A DNA stretch of 64,000 nucleotides from IMG/VR virus record IMGVR_UViG_3300034683_000333; one strand, given 5' to 3'. This document shows, piece by piece, positions 42,243 to 52,449 of the stretch. The notes under the pieces were generated by a model that saw only the letters and a list, made by a program, of their open reading frames with translations, was not told the origin of the DNA and ran no database searches. The DNA is from a virus. Within the stretch, counting starts at the first letter, position 1, and every line of letters starts with the position of its first letter. The position numbers and the translations under genes are program-made.

Positions 42243-43001
42243 TTACAAATTAGTAGAGTTCAAAAACTCTCGTGCATACACAAGGAGATCATCGGAATAT
42301 TGTGTTGTTAATATATTCTCAAATCCGTATTGTCTTAAAATATTTACAAATGTATCGGATCGTACAAACGTAATGTGGTTGACATCTTTCAGGTGATACC
42401 AATTTTCATCTTTAGCCATGTCCACATTAGGGCCATATATCAAGACATCAATGTTACCGTAGTTATTGTAATAACTACAACACTTTAAAACTTCTAATAT
42501 ATCTTCAAATGATAAATGTTCCAAAAAATGAACAAAAGTAAAAAGATATGTTCCATCGGGTGTTATATTTGAAAAGATGTACTCAGAAATTGAACTATCC
42601 AGCAAATCAACGGAAACAAACTGAAGTTCATCTATGTAATCAAACACTTCACTAAATTTATTTATATTGCCCTCATATTCCGTAGCGCTCAGGTCAAATA
42701 CAACGATGGAAGACGTATCAATAATAAATGATTCAAGTTTTGGAAATCCACCACCAAACGCAAATACCTTTTGATAATTTACAAATGTAAAATCACGTTT
42801 ATTTAGTGTTTCTTTCAATTTTTCGTAGTGCTTTTTATCATTATTCAAAGAACGCACACTTTGTGTGCTATAATTTTTTTCACTTGATGACTTGGGGACT
42901 TCTTTTTTGACAATCGTTCTACAATTGGAACAGATCAAGAATTCTTTCCTGATTTTCCATTCCAAAAAATGTTTATCACACAATGGACATTTGGTCATCA
43001 T
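42243..43001 (-). CDS. class I SAM-dependent methyltransferase-like protein with N-terminal Zn ribbon
   Basis: CPLC..CSNC, VFAFGGG (motif I variant), VHFLEHL, YGPN, HITF; SD AGGAGG before ATG 43001. Confidence 0.65.
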   Translation of the reverse strand: MMTKCPLCDKHFLEWKIRKEFLICSNCRTIVKKEVPKSSSEKNYSTQSVRSLNNDKKHYEKLKETLNKRDFTFVNYQKVFAFGGGFPKLESFIIDTSSIVVFDLSATEYEGNINKFSEVFDYIDELQFVSVDLLDSSISEYIFSNITPDGTYLFTFVHFLEHLSFEDILEVLKCCSYYNNYGNIDVLIYGPNVDMAKDENWYHLKDVNHITFVRSDTFVNILRQYGFENILTTQYSDDLLVYAREFLNSTNL

Positions 43002-43061
43002 TTGGCTAATCCTCCTTTTTGCTCTTCGGCGGCGGCGGGGTGTCCCTAACCAATCAATCAT

Positions 43062-43596
43062 GAACTTTAAGTAAATTATTACAAACCATTTTCTTTTATA
43101 CTCAAAACAGATTTATTTTATAAACTATGGTAAACTATCTTCTAATAGAAAACTATTATGAACTATAGTAAAAAAGAAAATAAACTTCTTTCCCCCCCCT
43201 CGTGTTATATGTAGGCAACTTAGATATTCAATAATTTTAATTACTTATCCAGCCTCGGTGGCGATTTTCCGAAAGAAACCCACAAAGGTGATAGAAATTG
43301 AAGAAAATCAATTGGTTAACTACAAGATGTGGGGGTTCGAATGGTACATAGAATCCAGGAAATTCAAACACTTAGTCTGAAATGGAAGTTCACTGAAACT
43401 CGATTTTGTAAGTACTTGAAAAAACTAGGGTGTGTTTCCGATTTTCGGGGATTTTGCCATGAAACGGATGGTAGAAAAATCAACCACTTAGCTTTTTAAA
43501 ACTGGGACATGAAAGATCCACACTTTAAATGAAAAATCAACAACTTAGAAATCGTTTTCAGCTCCCCCCCCCCCCACAGGGTCTTCGTCCCTGGAC
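43062..43596. repeat. non-coding divergent control region with AAAATCAAnnACTTAG repeats, an AT-rich AACTAT cluster and two poly-C tracts
   Basis: Motif copies near 43303, 43360, 43409 (reverse), 43475, 43532; poly-C at about 43191 and 43563. Confidence 0.6.
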
Positions 43597-43625
43597 TTGA
43601 CATTTATCGACCCATGAGATACAAT
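43597..43625 (+). promoter_or_regulatory. near-consensus sigma70 promoter
   Basis: TTGACA-17 nt-TACAAT. Confidence 0.8.
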
Positions 43626-43685
43626 GCTCTACCAAAGTCCGAGTTTTGTTGTGTAAGAATGCCAATAATTATTCAAGGAGTTGGT

Positions 43686-44306
43686 ATGAATCCAACCATC
43701 GATTTCGCTTCAATTGCAAAATCCATCCATGGGAGTCTGAACTTGGGGAGACCAAAAAAAACGAGAGGAACTTCACCATCGAAGAAAAATAAAGGACAAT
43801 TGAAAAAGAGCAATAAAACAAAAAAGTTCATTGAAAAAGCAGAAGAGGATGTTAAACCAAAAACAAATGGCAAAAAGGCGAGAAGACTGAAATCATCAGA
43901 AAAGAAATCCACTCGAAAGATAAAACGGAAAACACCAAAAGAACAAGAAAATCAAAATATTCCAACAAACACGATTGATTCTAGTGATGAAGTGCTTGAC
44001 ACCACCATCGGGGATGTGCAAAATGTAAAATATACGCAAAGTGAGGGCCACACCGTCGGCATCTATTCATCTGTTTTGAGTGATTTGAAGGATGTTCCCG
44101 ATGGTGAGGAAAAATATATATGGTGTAAAAAAGCTGGGTATAGAATCTACATCAATTCATGTTCTTATAGAGTAACCCCAGCATGTAAAAAGAAGAAGTG
44201 TGAATTTTATAAGTACGGATCAAAGATCAAAAAGGATTATAATCTAACAAAAATCAAATCAAATGGAGGTGAAAAGAATGGTAAAATGGAGGAATCAGAA
44301 GATTGA
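43686..44306 (+). CDS. Lys-rich protein with C-terminal Cys cluster
   Basis: SD AAGGAG before ATG 43686; WCKK..SC..ACKKKKC. Confidence 0.7.
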   Translation: MNPTIDFASIAKSIHGSLNLGRPKKTRGTSPSKKNKGQLKKSNKTKKFIEKAEEDVKPKTNGKKARRLKSSEKKSTRKIKRKTPKEQENQNIPTNTIDSSDEVLDTTIGDVQNVKYTQSEGHTVGIYSSVLSDLKDVPDGEEKYIWCKKAGYRIYINSCSYRVTPACKKKKCEFYKYGSKIKKDYNLTKIKSNGGEKNGKMEESED

Positions 44307-45294
44307 ACCCATCGGTATTTGTCCTTCGAGTGAAACTGATTTGCTAACACATATTGAAAAATGCGGTCGTCATTGTTATTTGAGTCACGACAAGATGAAT
44401 GAAACAAGCCATTTGAAGTTTTTTGAAATGTTGTGTAAAAATGGTCATTTGAGTGTTTTTGGTCATTCAAATATTGTGTTTAATATTAGCAATATTTCAC
44501 CGGCACTTTTTGAAGCTGTTCGACGGATGTTAAACACAAATGCTCGTGACGTATATAAGTTTATCTTTACTAATTTTATTGTAAGCTTTGGTCAATTGGC
44601 TTCTTATTTTAGATTTGTAATCAATGATGTTAATATTATTGTTTCTGGTAATATCAGAGCATGGGTTGAGTATCTAAATAGAGCATCAAATCGTTGTTTT
44701 TGTTATGTTGATTTGTGTGAAGCATTTGCAAAGTATTATCCCTTTGTATGGGAAAACATCAATAAATATATCCGCAATGAAAATTTCCTTTCGAATTATA
44801 TTGAGACAATTCCAACGCTGATTCCAAACTTCGATAAGAGTGGAATCGCATCCATAACCCCGGTAGATGAAGAAACACAAGCACATCGCTATTCTGATTA
44901 TGATATTCCCCAGTATACCTTTTTTGTCGTAACCAACCGTGGAATATCCCACGAGATTGTCCGCCATACGACGTTTACGTTCAGCCAGGAAAGCACTCGA
45001 TATGTGAATTATAGGAATCGTGGCGTTGAGTTCATTGAAGACGACGTGATTTCCGAAAACGAAGAGGTTGAGAAACTTCTTGAGAATACTGTGGAGGTTT
45101 ATGATTGCATTAAGAGCGCTCCTCAGTGGGCAAGAAATATTCTTCCCCATGCACTAAAAACACAATTGACAATGACGGGGCGGAAAAGCGCTTATGATCA
45201 TTTCATCAAAGTGAGATCATCTTCGGGTGCTCATCCGCAAGTCCGGGAATTGGCATTTGAATTGAAGAAATTTTTTGATAAGGGGGTTATTTGA
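44278..45294 (+). CDS. thyX: FAD-dependent thymidylate synthase
   Basis: GHLSVF, RGISHEIVRH..SQESTRY, ARNILP, AHPQVR. Confidence 0.93.
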   Translation: MVKWRNQKIEPIGICPSSETDLLTHIEKCGRHCYLSHDKMNETSHLKFFEMLCKNGHLSVFGHSNIVFNISNISPALFEAVRRMLNTNARDVYKFIFTNFIVSFGQLASYFRFVINDVNIIVSGNIRAWVEYLNRASNRCFCYVDLCEAFAKYYPFVWENINKYIRNENFLSNYIETIPTLIPNFDKSGIASITPVDEETQAHRYSDYDIPQYTFFVVTNRGISHEIVRHTTFTFSQESTRYVNYRNRGVEFIEDDVISENEEVEKLLENTVEVYDCIKSAPQWARNILPHALKTQLTMTGRKSAYDHFIKVRSSSGAHPQVRELAFELKKFFDKGVI

Positions 45295-46592
45295 TTATGG
45301 TTTTGCGTAAGCATATTAAGAAATTCTTTAAGATTCGGTCATCCAGGCCGTTGTTTAACGTTGATGGGACGGAATCATGTATTGTTGAAATGGGAAAGTA
45401 CATGAACCTTAAGAGGATGGTGTTTCGATATATCGGCGATGACAACAAAATTCTGAGCTATTTTGAGTCGCTTTCTGATATGAAAGCATACCTAAAGGGG
45501 GATAAACGATTAAAAAATTCACGTGGAATTAAGAATCTACTTTGGTTTCCACAACATTATGGAATTGGGACAGAGACGACAAAAAAGCGTCTACGATCGA
45601 TTCATGCACTTGTTGTGGATGTGGATTCCAAGGTTTGTGAGACAAAGGAAGAGTTTGTCGAATTGTCTCAAAAACTGTTGGGCGAAAACGGAGATGATTC
45701 CGTCTGGGAAACGATTGGGTTGCCCAAGCCAACGTTCGTGGTATTTTCCGGGAGTGGATTGCATCTCTATTGGGCGCTTTCTAAGCCATTGAAGCTCTAT
45801 ATGGACAAAACCTTGTTTGGAAGAGCCGAAAAGGTACATAACTTATTTATTGAACGGTTGAGCACCTATTACGGCGGACAGTTGGATACCATCCCCATTA
45901 CACAAGGATTTCGTGTCCCTGGGTCGATCTCAAAGACTGGAAAGAAGGTGCTTACCTATAAAATTCATGGTGGATTCCATGGTACCCTGGAGGAAATTGA
46001 GTCAGTTGTTTATGGAAGTTCATCGTTGTTCCAAAATGGTGGTGAGACTGAAGATGAATTTGATTCCGATTCTGAATTGAATCTTACGGCGGCATCGGAG
46101 GCTGTTGAGATCGAATCGACGAATTTCGATTCTCCGAAGACTTCCACGGAACGTGTGAGGAGATATCGTAGGAAACACGGATATAGGAATTCACGGTATC
46201 TTCCGATTGCCAAGTCCGAAATTCGTGGCATGGATCAACGAACGTACATTTCTGGTATTTTTAAGGTTCTCGATTCAAACATTGAAGAGAGGAATAAAAG
46301 CCGATTTGTCGGAAAGGTCATTTCTCTTGTTGCTAAGGATGGCTTGATTCCTGTTGGCACACGAAATATGAGACTTTTTGCTGTAACAATTTCCATGGTA
46401 AAAGCTAAAGCCTCTGAAACACTTATTATGGATGTTATTCACTCAATCAATACATTGCTTTGTGATTCTCCGTTGTCTGTTTCTGAAATTCGACGAATGA
46501 TTAAGAGTGCTGGAAAGTATGTTAAAATGACATGGGATAAGATGAAGAAATTCATCTTTTTTGGGTCGAAAAATGAGCTTGCATTTGCTTGA
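45291..46592 (+). CDS. archaeo-eukaryotic-type primase (AEP) with PriCT-like C-terminus
   Basis: VVDVD, SGSGLHLYW, FRVPGS, GTRNMRLF..PLSVSEI. Confidence 0.78.
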   Translation: MIMVLRKHIKKFFKIRSSRPLFNVDGTESCIVEMGKYMNLKRMVFRYIGDDNKILSYFESLSDMKAYLKGDKRLKNSRGIKNLLWFPQHYGIGTETTKKRLRSIHALVVDVDSKVCETKEEFVELSQKLLGENGDDSVWETIGLPKPTFVVFSGSGLHLYWALSKPLKLYMDKTLFGRAEKVHNLFIERLSTYYGGQLDTIPITQGFRVPGSISKTGKKVLTYKIHGGFHGTLEEIESVVYGSSSLFQNGGETEDEFDSDSELNLTAASEAVEIESTNFDSPKTSTERVRRYRRKHGYRNSRYLPIAKSEIRGMDQRTYISGIFKVLDSNIEERNKSRFVGKVISLVAKDGLIPVGTRNMRLFAVTISMVKAKASETLIMDVIHSINTLLCDSPLSVSEIRRMIKSAGKYVKMTWDKMKKFIFFGSKNELAFA

Positions 46593-48483
46593 TCGTCGTG
46601 ATATAAGAGTTGTGTGTGCGTTCGCTGGAATGACTAAAAAATGTCATGATTGTAGTCATGCCGTTGAGCATGTTCCGCATGTTTTGTATCCTCATCGTGT
46701 GTGCACAATGCCGTCTATTTGTGATGGCTTTGGTTACAAGAAAATTGTAAATTGCATTCTTGTAGGAGATGAATTTTCCCCAAGAGGATTGTTCATGGAA
46801 TACGTCAAGGTTGGCCCCATCGTCAACATCAACAAGAGCGTCATGGGAAACATCGACGGGGTGTTTCTCAAGATGGAATACGGAACTGATATTTCATCGA
46901 GCCTCTACGGTGTGATCAAGGCGTTCGGAGGACGATGGGATAAGGCCAACCGGGTCTATAGAATTTACGGTCCAACCTGGCCCTACTTTTTGGAACTTGT
47001 TCGCCGTGAAATGAAGCGGTTTGAGAGCGGGGTTCTTCTTGTCGATCCCTATGTTCGGGAAGTGGCTCACCATGGTATGAAGCACCTTGTCTACGAGTAT
47101 CGGCGTTCGGGGAAGACGGAATCTGATCTCGATGTTCCACATCCCAAGGGTCTCGTTCTTTATGGTCACCAAAAGGCCGTTGTGGAGATCTTCAACGAGC
47201 GGGGTCACAATCTGATTCTGGCCGATGAGATGGGCACCGGAAAGACGATCAGTGCAACATCCATTATCAATTATAATGGATACAAAAAGGTGCTCATTGT
47301 TTGTCCTGATTCCTTAAAAAATAATTGGCTGAATGAACTGAAGAAGTGGTTGGTTCATCGTCGTCGAATTGCTGTTCAGATGGCATCCAAACCGTTTCAA
47401 ACGGGTGATATCGTTATTATTAATTTTGATCTTCTGAGTAAGTTTGAAGAAGATCTTTCGGCGATTTCGTTCGATTTTCTTATTGTTGACGAAGCCCACA
47501 ACCTTAAAAGCACGCAATCCAAGCGATTCAAAACGCTTTCCAAATTTGCCAAAAAGATCCCCCACAAACTTCTTATGACCGGAACTCCGATTCTCAATCG
47601 TCCGATTGAGGTTTACGCCCTTGTTCGGCTTTTGGGTTTCCGTGATTTTGGAAATAAAAATGATTTTGGTTATCGGTATTGTGATGCCAAATTGCTCAGT
47701 TTTAACAATCGAAAAGTGTTGGATTTGAGCGGTTCTTCAAACGAACGGGAATTGGCGTTTAAGCTCAAATCAACGGTGCTCATGCGTCGCACACAAGCAG
47801 ACATCTTTGATGAGATTATTGACGTAAATCGGTATGTGGTTCCGATCATGGAGCTGGATGAAAGCAGTTTGGAGCTTTTGCGTGAGTACGAGAAGGTTTT
47901 GGATGAGGTAAAGCGCCACGGTGGGAATGGTCGTGGGATTTCGGAGTATTCCAAATTTGCCAACAATGTTAGTCCTGTAAATCAGCTTTACATCGATACC
48001 GTTGCAAAAATCCGCAAGGCCGTCGGTTTTGCCAAACTTCCATTTACAATTCAGTTTTTGTCAAAGCTTCTTACTAAACATGAGAAAGTCGTTGTTTTCG
48101 GTCATCATCGTGAGATTTTGGAAGCTATTGTCGATCATTTTGGGAAAGATTCGTGTGTGCTTGTTTATGGCGGCATGAATGCCGATGTAAAACAAGAAGC
48201 TGTTGATCGCTTCAACAATGATCCTTCGGTCAAACTTTTTGTTGGATCGATTACTGTTGGGGGCGTTGGATTTACGCTTACCACGGCAAACGTCGTCGTT
48301 TTCTGCGAACTTGATTGGGTTCCATCAAATATTGCCCAATGTGAAGCGAGATGTGTTCGAATTGGTCAAACACGTAGCGTTGATGTGTACTATTTAGTTG
48401 CGGAGGAACATTCAATTGATATGAACATGATTCATAAAATTGAACAAAAGAAGAAGAACATTAAGAAAGTGGTCAACTTTTAA
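46561..48483 (+). CDS. SNF2/HARP-like helicase (true start may be about 46795)
   Basis: HQK, LADEMGTGKT, VDEAH, LMTGTPILNR, MRR, GFTL, QCEARCVRIGQ. Confidence 0.92.
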   Translation: MGRKMSLHLLDRRDIRVVCAFAGMTKKCHDCSHAVEHVPHVLYPHRVCTMPSICDGFGYKKIVNCILVGDEFSPRGLFMEYVKVGPIVNINKSVMGNIDGVFLKMEYGTDISSSLYGVIKAFGGRWDKANRVYRIYGPTWPYFLELVRREMKRFESGVLLVDPYVREVAHHGMKHLVYEYRRSGKTESDLDVPHPKGLVLYGHQKAVVEIFNERGHNLILADEMGTGKTISATSIINYNGYKKVLIVCPDSLKNNWLNELKKWLVHRRRIAVQMASKPFQTGDIVIINFDLLSKFEEDLSAISFDFLIVDEAHNLKSTQSKRFKTLSKFAKKIPHKLLMTGTPILNRPIEVYALVRLLGFRDFGNKNDFGYRYCDAKLLSFNNRKVLDLSGSSNERELAFKLKSTVLMRRTQADIFDEIIDVNRYVVPIMELDESSLELLREYEKVLDEVKRHGGNGRGISEYSKFANNVSPVNQLYIDTVAKIRKAVGFAKLPFTIQFLSKLLTKHEKVVVFGHHREILEAIVDHFGKDSCVLVYGGMNADVKQEAVDRFNNDPSVKLFVGSITVGGVGFTLTTANVVVFCELDWVPSNIAQCEARCVRIGQTRSVDVYYLVAEEHSIDMNMIHKIEQKKKNIKKVVNF

Positions 48484-48619
48484 AATCTTTATTAGGGGGA
48501 TGGTTATGGATTATACCATCTTTGTAATCAACTTATGTATTTTTATCTCTTTGTTGATTTTGGTTAAAATTTAGAAGTAAAGCTGTTTTTTAATCCTAAA
48601 AAAAAAAAGGAGTCTCGTC

Positions 48620-49009
48620 ATGATCGTTTACGCATTTGTTGACGGAGCGGTTGACAATGAGAATGATGGTGCGTTTGGTTATGTAATCATGAGTGAACAC
48701 GGAAAATGTATTCAAGGATACGATGAAATTTCTTTTTATAAAACCAAGGAAGAAGTGACGTATGCTTCTATAATTGAAGCTTGTCGAATTATTTCCAACA
48801 ATTTTGGTTCAAAAGATGTTGATTTACAACTATTGATTCCGTCTAAGAGTGTTTATGCTCAATTGAATGGCGACACTATTAAAGATGGTGCTCAATTGGT
48901 TATGTATTATACTGCAAAAGATTTGTTGTCAAAGTTCAATTCATGGAATACTTATATTATGCCAGTTGATTTGAGTTTGGAAACACAGGAACTTGCTCAA
49001 AATATATAA
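48620..49009 (+). CDS. RNase HI-like fold protein (degenerate active site)
   Basis: YAFVDGA..GAFGYVI, VYAQLNG; later catalytic acids are not all conserved. Confidence 0.6.
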   Translation: MIVYAFVDGAVDNENDGAFGYVIMSEHGKCIQGYDEISFYKTKEEVTYASIIEACRIISNNFGSKDVDLQLLIPSKSVYAQLNGDTIKDGAQLVMYYTAKDLLSKFNSWNTYIMPVDLSLETQELAQNI

Positions 49010-49017
49010 ATTTTGAT

Positions 49018-49094
49018 GCTCCTGTAGCTCAGTAGGTTAGAGCAGACCCCTTATAAGGGTCAGGTTGGTGGTTCAAATCCACCCAGGAGCACCA
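49018..49094 (+). tRNA. trnI: tRNA-Ile, anticodon UAU (reads AUA), CCA encoded
   Basis: Acceptor GCTCCTG/CAGGAGC, D stem GCTC/GAGC, anticodon stem GACCC/GGGTC with loop CTTATAA, TTC T-loop, ACCA end. Confidence 0.93.
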
Positions 49095-49096
49095 AG

Positions 49097-49135
49097 AAAA
49101 AAAAACCCGGACAGGTTAATGTCCGGGTTTGTTGT
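49097..49135. terminator. bidirectional terminator
   Basis: AAAACCCGGAC/GTCCGGGTTT hairpin between convergent units. Confidence 0.7.
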
Positions 49136-49153
49136 TTAACTCATTGAACCGCA

Positions 49154-49918
49154 TTAGGTACAGTTGATTTCAAAACTATTTACGGCATCGGTGATGCTAT
49201 CGAATTCGCCGGTGAATACAACGATCCGTTCCTGACGGACGACACCGCTTTGGAAATCCATGGCAAGAGAAAGTCGGGTCTGGTAGGTGTTGGAGGTTCC
49301 GACACAGCCACCAAGGGCAATACGATCGGTTGAGTCGGTCGGAACGATCGTTCCACGGACTGATAGGTCAAAGGTATGGAAATCATTAATGGGTGCGTTG
49401 TAGTCGAAGGAATCGACGATCCAGCGATCTACACGATTTACCCATCCAACGAATTCATCTAGCACTCCCGTAAAATCTGCGATGGCATCGGCGATGATCG
49501 TTGTATCCTGCATAAAGGCGGTTCCGTCGCCGTAGCCGGATACACTCAGGGTGATTTCAAGGGCCTTTACACCAGGTTGGCAGGTCGAGTCGGCAACCTT
49601 GAGAAGTGGTTCGTCGTCAGGAAGCAGGTCGATGGTGGTACAAGGGTTTCGTGCTTCGAGAACAGGTTGATATGGCACTTCGGTAACAGTCACCGAGACT
49701 CGTTGCACACAATCTCCACCAGATCGGGGCTTAATGATGTTTTCGTTGATTTCCTGGAGCTTACAAAGTGCGTCACTAATCTGTTTTGTTTCACGGCATT
49801 GCTTGTCAATTCGGTTGATGTAGAGCTTGTAATCCGTTCCGCAATCAAACGTTCTGGTGTCGAATGTAGGGCTTACAACGGTAAAACCGCTGGATGAGCC
49901 ACCAAATCTAATAGCCAT
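49154..49918 (-). CDS. putative tail tube/virion structural protein
   Basis: Strong SD AAGGAGG, Thr/Asp/Val beta-rich composition, host-like codons; no decisive motif. Confidence 0.4.
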   Translation of the reverse strand: MAIRFGGSSSGFTVVSPTFDTRTFDCGTDYKLYINRIDKQCRETKQISDALCKLQEINENIIKPRSGGDCVQRVSVTVTEVPYQPVLEARNPCTTIDLLPDDEPLLKVADSTCQPGVKALEITLSVSGYGDGTAFMQDTTIIADAIADFTGVLDEFVGWVNRVDRWIVDSFDYNAPINDFHTFDLSVRGTIVPTDSTDRIALGGCVGTSNTYQTRLSLAMDFQSGVVRQERIVVFTGEFDSITDAVNSFEINCT

Positions 49919-50025
49919 TTTTATTTCCTCCTTGTGGATAGTGTTCTTGTTGTTAAACAACTAATTATGTGTGAGTACAAATATTATGACTCACTGTTAA
50001 ATTAGTTATCTATGGAGATTGTCCA

Positions 50026-50751
50026 ATGGGCATTTCGATATCCAATTTACAGAAACCTAGTAACAATTTGTGGATTTACGATTATTCGTATGACAATACA
50101 TATAAAGATCCGATCGATAATCAGTTTTTTGATATTGTAAAATATGAGTCAAACTATTATCTTCTTCAGAAGGAAAACAAGATTGTTTTTTAGGATTGTG
50201 ATTTTAGATCTTCTTCTATTTATACTGATCTATTGGAACCAAGCTTTCCTTGCCTAAAGGAGATGCAGATCAACATTGTTGATGCATTCAAGTTTAGTCA
50301 ACGTTATTATCTTCATGAAAGGGGTGACTATACATTTTTTAGTTATAATATTTATCAAGACGCTATTCAGATAAACATTTCGTTTAGTGGATTACTTAAT
50401 GGGTGTGAAATTGAAACTCCAGAGTATTCACTTATCTATGATTTCTTAATGTCTTATTTATCAAATTTCCTTGACGATACTGTAATTGGATATTACGATA
50501 AAATAAATAATGGTGAATTATTTGAATTGATGTTTCCAAATCTTAATGTACCCATTATTGGAGATCCTTTTGGGAAATGGTCATTAACATATAAAGTGAA
50601 TGTCATTCCAAAAACGTTTCGTCATAAAATAGAAACAGACTATGTTCAAGATTTAACATTGACAATGGCGGTAGATGGTGCTATGCTTATTGGAAATGGA
50701 GGAGCTTCGCAGAAGTTTCCCCATGTCATCGATTTGGGTGTTATTGTTTAA
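50026..50751 (+). CDS. hypothetical (possible tail-completion) protein; TAG at 50191-50193 read through
   Basis: SD GGAG plus ATG 50026 in frame with track ORF 50233 (KIVF*DCDFR). Confidence 0.7.
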
Positions 50752-50765
50752 CTTTTTTTAATTGT

Positions 50766-52385
50766 ATGGGGGTACATATGCTCGATTCAATTCTCAAAAC
50801 ATATTCCGTTGGTGACAATCTTTTTGAAATGCTTTTGAAGTTTGTGTTTATTTATGATGATAAGTCTTGTGCAATATCATCCGATATTTTTAGAAAACAT
50901 CTTAATAGGTTTACAGTCGAGAATATTGAAGATCCTAAATTTGATACCAAGTTTCCCTGGGATGATCTTTATTATTCGGCATACCAATTTCGTTGCAATA
51001 TCAATGATTATGAAAAGACTATTTCACACCACATTGTGTTTCCTTATAATCGAAATGCAGTCTATAATTTGATTAGGTTTATCTGGAAACATAAGACTCT
51101 CAAAGCACGGATTCAACAGGTCAATGTATATGTTGCAAATGATGAATTGTTCATCAATAATGAAAAATTTGCTGATTATGTCAAAGAACTTTCAAATAAT
51201 TTGGTCACAGATTTGAAGGGAAAAAATCCACTTTTTGATCTTAATGACCTGGAAGTTATTCTTCAGTTTTTTCGTCAATTGTATGTTTGTTACAATCTCC
51301 TCAGAATAAACAATCTGGTAGTCGAATCATTCGGTGATTCCATTATGAATCCCGAAAAGGCTGGCGAATCGTTTAACTCGGTTATGGCCGAAGTTGAATC
51401 ACTAAAGGTTAAAAATAGCCTTGTCCTTGATTTTGATGAGCTTTGCATTGATGAAAACACGCTAGATAATAACATTCGTCTCATTGAATATCCAATTTAT
51501 CCGATTAGCATCTTTCAAAAGCAGAAATTGTTTCAGGGAAAGCGTATCTATATGTTTGTCGGTCCTTCCGGCATTGGAAAATCCATGTTGTTATCCAATA
51601 TCGCCGGTGAATATCTGGTGGATTATAAGAAAAAACATTTCGAAGAAACGGAACTGATATTCTATTTTACGTTTGAAAACCTTGTGGAAGAAACGGCGGC
51701 AAGAATTTTTTCAAACGCCTATTTTCGCCTTGGTTGTCAAAACACGATCGACGATGTTCTTAAACAGAATGTGGGTGAAGTCGATCGAGAGGTTCTGAGG
51801 AATCGTATTCAGGAGATCGGACGAAAATTGGTAGTGGTCTATCTCAATCCGGGTCTCTATGGGTCCAATACGCTACGTGGGATCATTCAGCACAAGTGCG
51901 AGGTTTTGAATGGCCGTCCGTTTGTGGTTCTGGTGGACTTCGTGGACAAGATGAGAAGCGACACACGGCAGACGGCCAATTATGCCGAGCATTTGGAACT
52001 TGGTCAGATCATTGACCAACTCAAGGCGATGGCGGCTGATCTCGATTGTCCGGTAATTACGGTGAGTCATCTCAACTCGGAAGGGTGTAAGATCGCCAAG
52101 GAAGACATTCGGCGTCTTAATTCTTCCAATGTTGGTAAAAGTCTTCGAAAATACGAAAATTCAGATGTTGTAGCATTTATGGACGTGGAGGATTCTGGAC
52201 TTGACCAATTTTCTATTATGACATTCTATTTTTCAAAACATCGATATTGTCAAGTGGATCGCTCACCCGTTATCCAGAGAAAATACATGCCACAATACGC
52301 ATATATTGGTGCTCTAACAAAGGATGATAAGGAACTCATGGATTCGGCGGAATCGTCTTCTGATTTCGATGTCGATATGTGGTAA
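50766..52385 (+). CDS. dnaB: replicative DnaB/gp41-like helicase
   Basis: GPSGIGKS, FTFEN, LVDFVDKM, LKAMA..PVITVSHLN, SDVV. Confidence 0.9.
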   Translation: MGVHMLDSILKTYSVGDNLFEMLLKFVFIYDDKSCAISSDIFRKHLNRFTVENIEDPKFDTKFPWDDLYYSAYQFRCNINDYEKTISHHIVFPYNRNAVYNLIRFIWKHKTLKARIQQVNVYVANDELFINNEKFADYVKELSNNLVTDLKGKNPLFDLNDLEVILQFFRQLYVCYNLLRINNLVVESFGDSIMNPEKAGESFNSVMAEVESLKVKNSLVLDFDELCIDENTLDNNIRLIEYPIYPISIFQKQKLFQGKRIYMFVGPSGIGKSMLLSNIAGEYLVDYKKKHFEETELIFYFTFENLVEETAARIFSNAYFRLGCQNTIDDVLKQNVGEVDREVLRNRIQEIGRKLVVVYLNPGLYGSNTLRGIIQHKCEVLNGRPFVVLVDFVDKMRSDTRQTANYAEHLELGQIIDQLKAMAADLDCPVITVSHLNSEGCKIAKEDIRRLNSSNVGKSLRKYENSDVVAFMDVEDSGLDQFSIMTFYFSKHRYCQVDRSPVIQRKYMPQYAYIGALTKDDKELMDSAESSSDFDVDMW

Positions 52386-52449
52386 AATATATACATGATG
52401 AATGGTAGTTCTATTCACAACCACAAACTTCAGTTTAAAGGAGGATGAA

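Noticed and set aside
49018-49094. The tRNA as an amber suppressor
   Set aside because: The anticodon loop is CTTATAA (UAU), not CUA. No other tRNA-like sequence was found by eye; 43335 GGTTCGAAT lacks a cloverleaf.
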